From an uncultured Gammaproteobacteria bacterium (lineage in GTDB: Bacteria; Patescibacteriota; Microgenomatia; UBA8517; JACQJR01): DNA of 64,000 nt. This document shows positions 58,792 through 64,000 of this stretch, piece after piece. A program made the translations under genes and the position numbers. The notes beneath the pieces are model-generated. The model searched no databases and was not told where the DNA came from. It worked only from the letters and a program-made list of their open reading frames with translations. How positions within the stretch are numbered: position 1 is the first letter of the stretch; each line of letters starts with the position of its first letter. The stretch covers positions 7,425 to 71,424 of the forward strand of contig CAYTZB010000004.1 in assembly GCA_964442455.1 (NCBI GenBank), in the 5' to 3' direction.

Positions 58792-58924
58792 AAATCCGAA
58801 ATTCGAATATCGAAATCCTAAACAAATTCCAAATTTTAAATTCAAATGATTGAAACAGTTTGAAATTTAGAAAATTTGAATTTAATTATTGTTTCGAATT
58901 TCGTGCTTAGAATTTCGAATTTCC
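58792..58924. repeat. Heptamer-periodic inverted element copy D
   Basis: AAATCCG AAATTCG AATATCG AAATCCT ... TTCGAAT TTCGTGC TTAGAAT TTCGAAT. Confidence 0.8.
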
Positions 58925-58941
58925 AAAATTATATCACAATT

Positions 58942-61900
58942 TTAACCTCGGGACAATTGTTGAGAGGGAAGTGCTGCACGCTCCGGAGTCACGGGAATAA
59001 GGCGGCCAATAATGACATTTTCTTTCAAGCCCAACAATTTATCTTCCTTGCCAAGAAGTGCTGCTTCGGTCAACACCTTGGTCGTCTCTTGGAATGAGGC
59101 AGCAGAGAGCCACGATGCGGTAAAGAGGGACGCTTTGGTAATACCCAAAATAACCACCTGGGCGGTTGCTGGTTCACCTCCTGCCGCAAGCACTCGCTCA
59201 TTCTCTTCTGTAAACCACGCTTTATCAACCAATTCCCGTGGCAACAGGATGGTATCTCCAGGGCTAATCACCTGCACTTTATCACTCATTTTCCTGACGA
59301 TGACCTCGAAATGTTTGTCGTTAATAGGAATACCTTGACTCTCATATACCGCCTGGATTTCAGAGATAAGATACTCTTGAGAAGCAAGCAGCCCCCGAAT
59401 ATTCAGTACTTCTTTGACATCAAGCATACCTGACGCAAGCTGTGTACCCGCCGCAATGAGGTCGCCATCGGACAACCGCAGTTGGGCAGTCTTGGGAATA
59501 ATATACTCCCGTTCTTCCGGCGGTTTGACATCAACACTGCGTACTCTTACTTTCCAAGAATCTTCTCGCTCAACAACTTCAACTTTGCCTGAAATTTCAG
59601 AAAGCGGTGAGACCACCTTTGGAATACGAGTTTCAAAGAGTTCCTCGACTCGGGGCAATCCTTTGGTCACATCAAGTCCCACAATTCCACCGGTATGTTT
59701 CACTCTCATGGTCAACTGTGTGCCTGGTTCACCGATAGATTGAGCCGCAACCACCCCTACCGGGGTACCCACTTCCACCCGCTTTTTGGTGGCCAAATCC
59801 CATCCGTAGCAGGCAGCACACATACCATATCGCGCAATGCACGTGAGAGGGGAGCGAACTAACACTTCATCTATCTTTTCCTCCTCAAGGTGAGTGAGCA
59901 CCTCTTCTGTTATTTCTTCTCCCGCCCGCACTATAAAGTGTTTCCCATTCTTAAGAGGAATATTAACTGCTGCCGTCCTTCCTAAGAGCCGACCCGTAAA
60001 CGAAACTGACCTATCCTTTCTCCGCATGACTACCCCTTCGCTCGTCCCACAATCTTCTCCCCTTACAATCATATCGTGTGCGACATCGACAAGTCGGCGT
60101 GTCAGATACCCAGCATCAGCAGTCTTGAGTGCCTGATCGGTCAATCCTTTACGTGATCCACGAGCGGTGGTGACGTACTCAAAGATAGAGAGACCTTCCT
60201 TAAAGTTTGATTTGGTCGGCAGTTCTACCACTCTTCCAAGGGGATCAACTACCAATCCCCTCATTGCCGCAATTTGTTTAACCTGCTCTCGTGAAGCACG
60301 ACCAACCCCTGCTTCAATAATAACCTTAATAGGATTCGCGGGCGGGAACACCTCCCACGTTCTGTCTGCTAATTCCTCTGTCGCCTCAATCCACACTTCT
60401 TGTGTTAATCGTCTTTTTTCATCTTCAGTGATTAAACCCGATCGGTAGTTTTCTTCAATTTCTGCAACTTGGCTATTTGCCCCCTCTATCATCTTATCTT
60501 TCTCGGGAAGAATGACTGCATCGGTAATACCAAACGAGAGACCGGATACTGTTCCGGCAGCGAATCCAATATTTTTGATGTTATCAATCATTTCTAAGAT
60601 TTCCGCCCTTGACCCCCGTGCAAAGACTGTGTTAAAGAGACGTTTGAGTACCCCTGCCGAAACCGGCTCATTCACAAATTCCACCCACCCTGGCAAGAGT
60701 TCATTGAAGAGAATACGACCAACTGTAGTGGTTATCTTTTTACCCTCAAGAAGAACGTCTATCTCTTGGCGAACTCCAAGCTTGCCTGTTTGGTATATAT
60801 AGACCGCTTCGCCAGCATCACACAGGACTTCCCGACGAGCTTGTTCGGTGTTAACACTCGTTAAGTAATATACGCCGAGCGCCATCTCTTTTGTTGCAGG
60901 AATTGTAATAGGAGAGCCATCAGCGGGCTTAAGGAGATTGTGCTCCGGCAACATGAGAGAGCGGGCTTCCTCTTTTGCCTTTTCAGCTAGAGGTACATGC
61001 ACTGCCATTTGGTCTCCATCAAAATCCGCATTGTATCCTGCACACACACACGGATGAATACGAATGGCGTTTCCTTCAATAAGAACCGGATAAAATGCCT
61101 GAATACCCAATTTGTGGAGTGTCGGCGCTCGGTTCAGCAACACCGGATGATCCCGCGAAACCTCCTCCAAAATATCAAACACTTCGGGGAGCCGTTTCTC
61201 AAGCATACTCTTTGCACTTTTAACATTCGGTGCAATACCCTGCGTAATCATTTCTCGCAACACAAACGGTTTAAACAGTTCTAGGGCCATCTCCTTTGGA
61301 AGCCCGCACTGATGGAGCGAAAGTTCTGGTCCTACCACGATGACAGACCGACCTGAATAGTCAACTCTTTTCCCAAGTAAATTCTGGCGAAATCTTCCCT
61401 GTTTGCCTCGCAGCATATCCGAAAGTGAACGGAGAGGCTGGCGTGTTCTTCCGCGACGCATCGTTTGGCGCTGGCTTGCATCAATGAGCGCGTCGACTGC
61501 TTCCTGGAGCATCCGCTTTTCATTACGCAAAATAATCTCCGGAGCCCCGAGCTCCAGTAAATGACGCAGTCGGTTATTCCTGTTGATAATACGTCGGTAC
61601 AAATCATTCAAGTCACTCGTGGCAAATCTACCTCCTGAGAGCTGCACCATGGGCCGCAGATCGGGAGGAAGCACCGGCAATACCCGCAGCACAAGCCATG
61701 AAGGGGCACTTCCGGCTTTGCGCATTCCTTCAACTAAGCGCAGCCGTTGTGCAAGTTTTATTGCACGGCCTCCCATTGCTTCGTTGACTTGAGAACGAAG
61801 CTGAGCTGCTAACTCCTCTAAGTTGATACTCTCAAGAAGATCGGCTATAGCCTCAGCACCCATTTTTGCCACAAAGAATGACGCGACCTCGTGGTCAAAT

Positions 61901-62658
61901 AACTCTTGATATCCCTCCTCTGATAAAAAGGTACGAGGAGCTACTACTCGAACCAACGCCACAAGTCGGTCAAACAGTTCACGAGTCTGTGCAGCTGCCG
62001 CAGCTGCTGTCTCGGTCACTGTGGCTTTGCGCTTGCGCGCTTCAAGTTCCAATTCCTCAACTGCTAAACTCAGTTGTTCTTTTGCTTTAATTTCTTTTTT
62101 CTTTTGGGCAACCAACGTGTTAAACTCGCGCTCTACAGCAGCAATACGGGAGCTTAATTGCTCCTGCTGCCGGTGTTCAAGTGACTGCCACTCCTTCTCA
62201 AGGCGGGTAATGGCAACTTTGCGCTCCTTCTCGTCAACTGAGAGAACTACATACCGTGCCAGGTATATCACTTGCTCAATTGTTTTAGAAGGTAAATCAA
62301 GAAGGGCTGAAAGCTTAGAAGGGGTACTTTTGAAAAACCACACATGCGCCACAGGAGAGGATAAGGTAATGTGACCCATGCGTTCTCGGCGCACCCGTGA
62401 TTGCGTCACTTCAACACCACATTTATCACACACCACCCCACGATATCGTATTCTTTTATACTTCCCGCAGTAACATTCCCAATCTTTTGTGGGTCCAAAA
62501 ATACGCTCGTCAAACAACCCATTTTTCTCGGGCTTGAGCGTCCGGTAGTTTATCGTCTCGGGTTTCGTCACCTCGCCACGGGACCACAGCTTAACCTGCT
62601 CGGGGGAGGCAACCTTAATAACCAATGATGTAAAATCAGCAAGATTCTTGACTTCCAT
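58942..62658 (-). CDS. rpoC: RNA polymerase subunit beta'
   Basis: [23 protein letters not shown]; start at MEVKN. Confidence 0.99.
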   Translation of the reverse strand: MEVKNLADFTSLVIKVASPEQVKLWSRGEVTKPETINYRTLKPEKNGLFDERIFGPTKDWECYCGKYKRIRYRGVVCDKCGVEVTQSRVRRERMGHITLSSPVAHVWFFKSTPSKLSALLDLPSKTIEQVIYLARYVVLSVDEKERKVAITRLEKEWQSLEHRQQEQLSSRIAAVEREFNTLVAQKKKEIKAKEQLSLAVEELELEARKRKATVTETAAAAAAQTRELFDRLVALVRVVAPRTFLSEEGYQELFDHEVASFFVAKMGAEAIADLLESINLEELAAQLRSQVNEAMGGRAIKLAQRLRLVEGMRKAGSAPSWLVLRVLPVLPPDLRPMVQLSGGRFATSDLNDLYRRIINRNNRLRHLLELGAPEIILRNEKRMLQEAVDALIDASQRQTMRRGRTRQPLRSLSDMLRGKQGRFRQNLLGKRVDYSGRSVIVVGPELSLHQCGLPKEMALELFKPFVLREMITQGIAPNVKSAKSMLEKRLPEVFDILEEVSRDHPVLLNRAPTLHKLGIQAFYPVLIEGNAIRIHPCVCAGYNADFDGDQMAVHVPLAEKAKEEARSLMLPEHNLLKPADGSPITIPATKEMALGVYYLTSVNTEQARREVLCDAGEAVYIYQTGKLGVRQEIDVLLEGKKITTTVGRILFNELLPGWVEFVNEPVSAGVLKRLFNTVFARGSRAEILEMIDNIKNIGFAAGTVSGLSFGITDAVILPEKDKMIEGANSQVAEIEENYRSGLITEDEKRRLTQEVWIEATEELADRTWEVFPPANPIKVIIEAGVGRASREQVKQIAAMRGLVVDPLGRVVELPTKSNFKEGLSIFEYVTTARGSRKGLTDQALKTADAGYLTRRLVDVAHDMIVRGEDCGTSEGVVMRRKDRSVSFTGRLLGRTAAVNIPLKNGKHFIVRAGEEITEEVLTHLEEEKIDEVLVRSPLTCIARYGMCAACYGWDLATKKRVEVGTPVGVVAAQSIGEPGTQLTMRVKHTGGIVGLDVTKGLPRVEELFETRIPKVVSPLSEISGKVEVVEREDSWKVRVRSVDVKPPEEREYIIPKTAQLRLSDGDLIAAGTQLASGMLDVKEVLNIRGLLASQEYLISEIQAVYESQGIPINDKHFEVIVRKMSDKVQVISPGDTILLPRELVDKAWFTEENERVLAAGGEPATAQVVILGITKASLFTASWLSAASFQETTKVLTEAALLGKEDKLLGLKENVIIGRLIPVTPERAALPSQQLSRG

Positions 62659-62659
62659 A

Positions 62660-64000
62660 TTATTTTGTTTCCTCAACTTCCATCGTTCCCTCGGGTGCAG
62701 CCAACTCGCTTGAGTCTGCAGCAACTGTTGCACCCGACGCAGCGGCGAGTTCTTCGGCAAGGCGAGCTGTCTCCTCTTCCGCAACAACTTCTGTCGCAAC
62801 TATTTGCCCTTTCGGCTCAACAACCAGTCCAAGCGCATTGAGTTCACGCATGAGTACCTTAAATGAGTCGGGAATAGTTGCCTCAGGAATATCCGTCCCC
62901 TTGACAATTGCCTCAAATGCTCTCGCGCGACCCACCACATCGTCAGATTTGATGGTAATCATTTCCTGTAAGGTATGGGCTGCACGATGTGCCTCGAGCG
63001 CCCACACTTCCATCTCACCAAGTCGTTGTCCTCCCATCTGCGCTTTACCACCCAAGGGCTGTTGTGTGACGAGCGAATATGGGCCGGTTGAACGCGCGTG
63101 CATTTTGTCCTCAACCATATGAATAAGTTTCATAATATAACCTACACCCACCACCGTTTCTTGCTCAAGGGGTTGTCCAGTTCGTCCATCAAACAGTCGT
63201 GTTTTCCCAGACACAGGAAGCCCTGCAACTTTTAATTTCTCTTCAATAAGAGAGGTGGGAATACGCTCAAACACAGGAATCGCGGCTACCTCGTTCTGTT
63301 TTACAAGCGCCCATCCCAAATGTGCCTCAAGTAGTTGCCCCAAATTCATACGGGCAAGAACAGACAGGGGAGAAATAATGATATCAATTGGTGTCCCATC
63401 AGAGAGGTAGGGCATGTCGGAGGCCGGCACAATTTTTGAAATGACTCCTTTATTTCCATGGCGTCCTGCAAGTTTGTCCCCTACAGTGACTTTGCGAATT
63501 TGTGCAACTTTTATAATGATTTTCTTGAATGTCCCTGGCTCCAGCTCATCTCCCTTCTCCCTATCTAAAATTGTCAATCCTATCACCGTTCCTCGCTCTC
63601 CGTGAGGCATACGCAGTGACGTATCCCGTACTTCGCGCGCTTTCTCACCAAAGATGGCGCGTAGGAGCCGTTCCTCGGGGGTGAGTTCTGTCTCTCCTTT
63701 GGGTTGAATTTTCCCAACCAAAATGTCATTTGGTCCCACTTCGCTTCCCACTATCACAATGCCGTCCTCTCCCAAATTCGCCAGATCTGTCTCGGCGACG
63801 TTGGGAATATCGCGTGTCAACTCCTCAGGACCAAGTTTTGTCTCAACCACCTCTGCCTCATACTCCTCAATATGAATAGAAGTCAGTACATCCTCCTTGA
63901 CTAACCTGTCAGAAATCACGATTGCGTCTTCGTACCCCAATCCTTCAAATGAACAGTACGCAATCAGTAAATTCTGCCCGAGAGCAAGTTCACCATTTCC
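62660..64000 (-). CDS. rpoB: RNA polymerase subunit beta, 3' part
   Basis: [27 protein letters not shown]. Confidence 0.99.
   Translation of the reverse strand, partial: GNGELALGQNLLIAYCSFEGLGYEDAIVISDRLVKEDVLTSIHIEEYEAEVVETKLGPEELTRDIPNVAETDLANLGEDGIVIVGSEVGPNDILVGKIQPKGETELTPEERLLRAIFGEKAREVRDTSLRMPHGERGTVIGLTILDREKGDELEPGTFKKIIIKVAQIRKVTVGDKLAGRHGNKGVISKIVPASDMPYLSDGTPIDIIISPLSVLARMNLGQLLEAHLGWALVKQNEVAAIPVFERIPTSLIEEKLKVAGLPVSGKTRLFDGRTGQPLEQETVVGVGYIMKLIHMVEDKMHARSTGPYSLVTQQPLGGKAQMGGQRLGEMEVWALEAHRAAHTLQEMITIKSDDVVGRARAFEAIVKGTDIPEATIPDSFKVLMRELNALGLVVEPKGQIVATEVVAEEETARLAEELAAASGATVAADSSELAAPEGTMEVEETK

Noticed and set aside
62659-62799. N-terminal extension of RpoC overlapping rpoB
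   Set aside because: Alternative frame of the rpoB tail; ATG 62658 directly follows the rpoB stop.
29141-64000. Inteins or group I/II introns in recA, rpoB, rpoC, tuf or fusA
   Set aside because: The reading frames are continuous with ordinary lengths and no splicing motifs were seen.

Overview
Core-genome segment of a reduced-genome bacterium, most likely Patescibacteria/CPR (Microgenomates-like; inferred from the missing rpmD/L30 between rpsE and rplO, an N-terminally short L2, an archaeal-type AspRS and DUF5652/DUF5679-like genes). It carries the rpoB(partial)-rpoC-str-S10-spc-alpha cluster, gltX, aspS, recJ, cca, secDF, nth, dtd, yifB/comM, miaA, an ABC-2 transporter, HU, rny, recX-recA, trpE, RNase P RNA, tRNA-Pro and a 6S-like RNA candidate. 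The most striking signal is a dense population of small structured DNA elements. GC-rich palindromes, miniature elements with IS200/IS605-like ends, UUCG-hairpin modules and 7/8/9-nt periodic inverted arrays sit in intergenic spacers, in frame inside housekeeping genes (recJ, dtd, rplD, rny, probably rpsL, rpsM, rplC) and inside structural RNAs. A complete tRNA-Pro is nested between inverted repeats inside the anticodon loop of a second, fragmented tRNA-Pro. No transposase, CRISPR array or prophage was seen. All calls are by-eye; no database searches were run.
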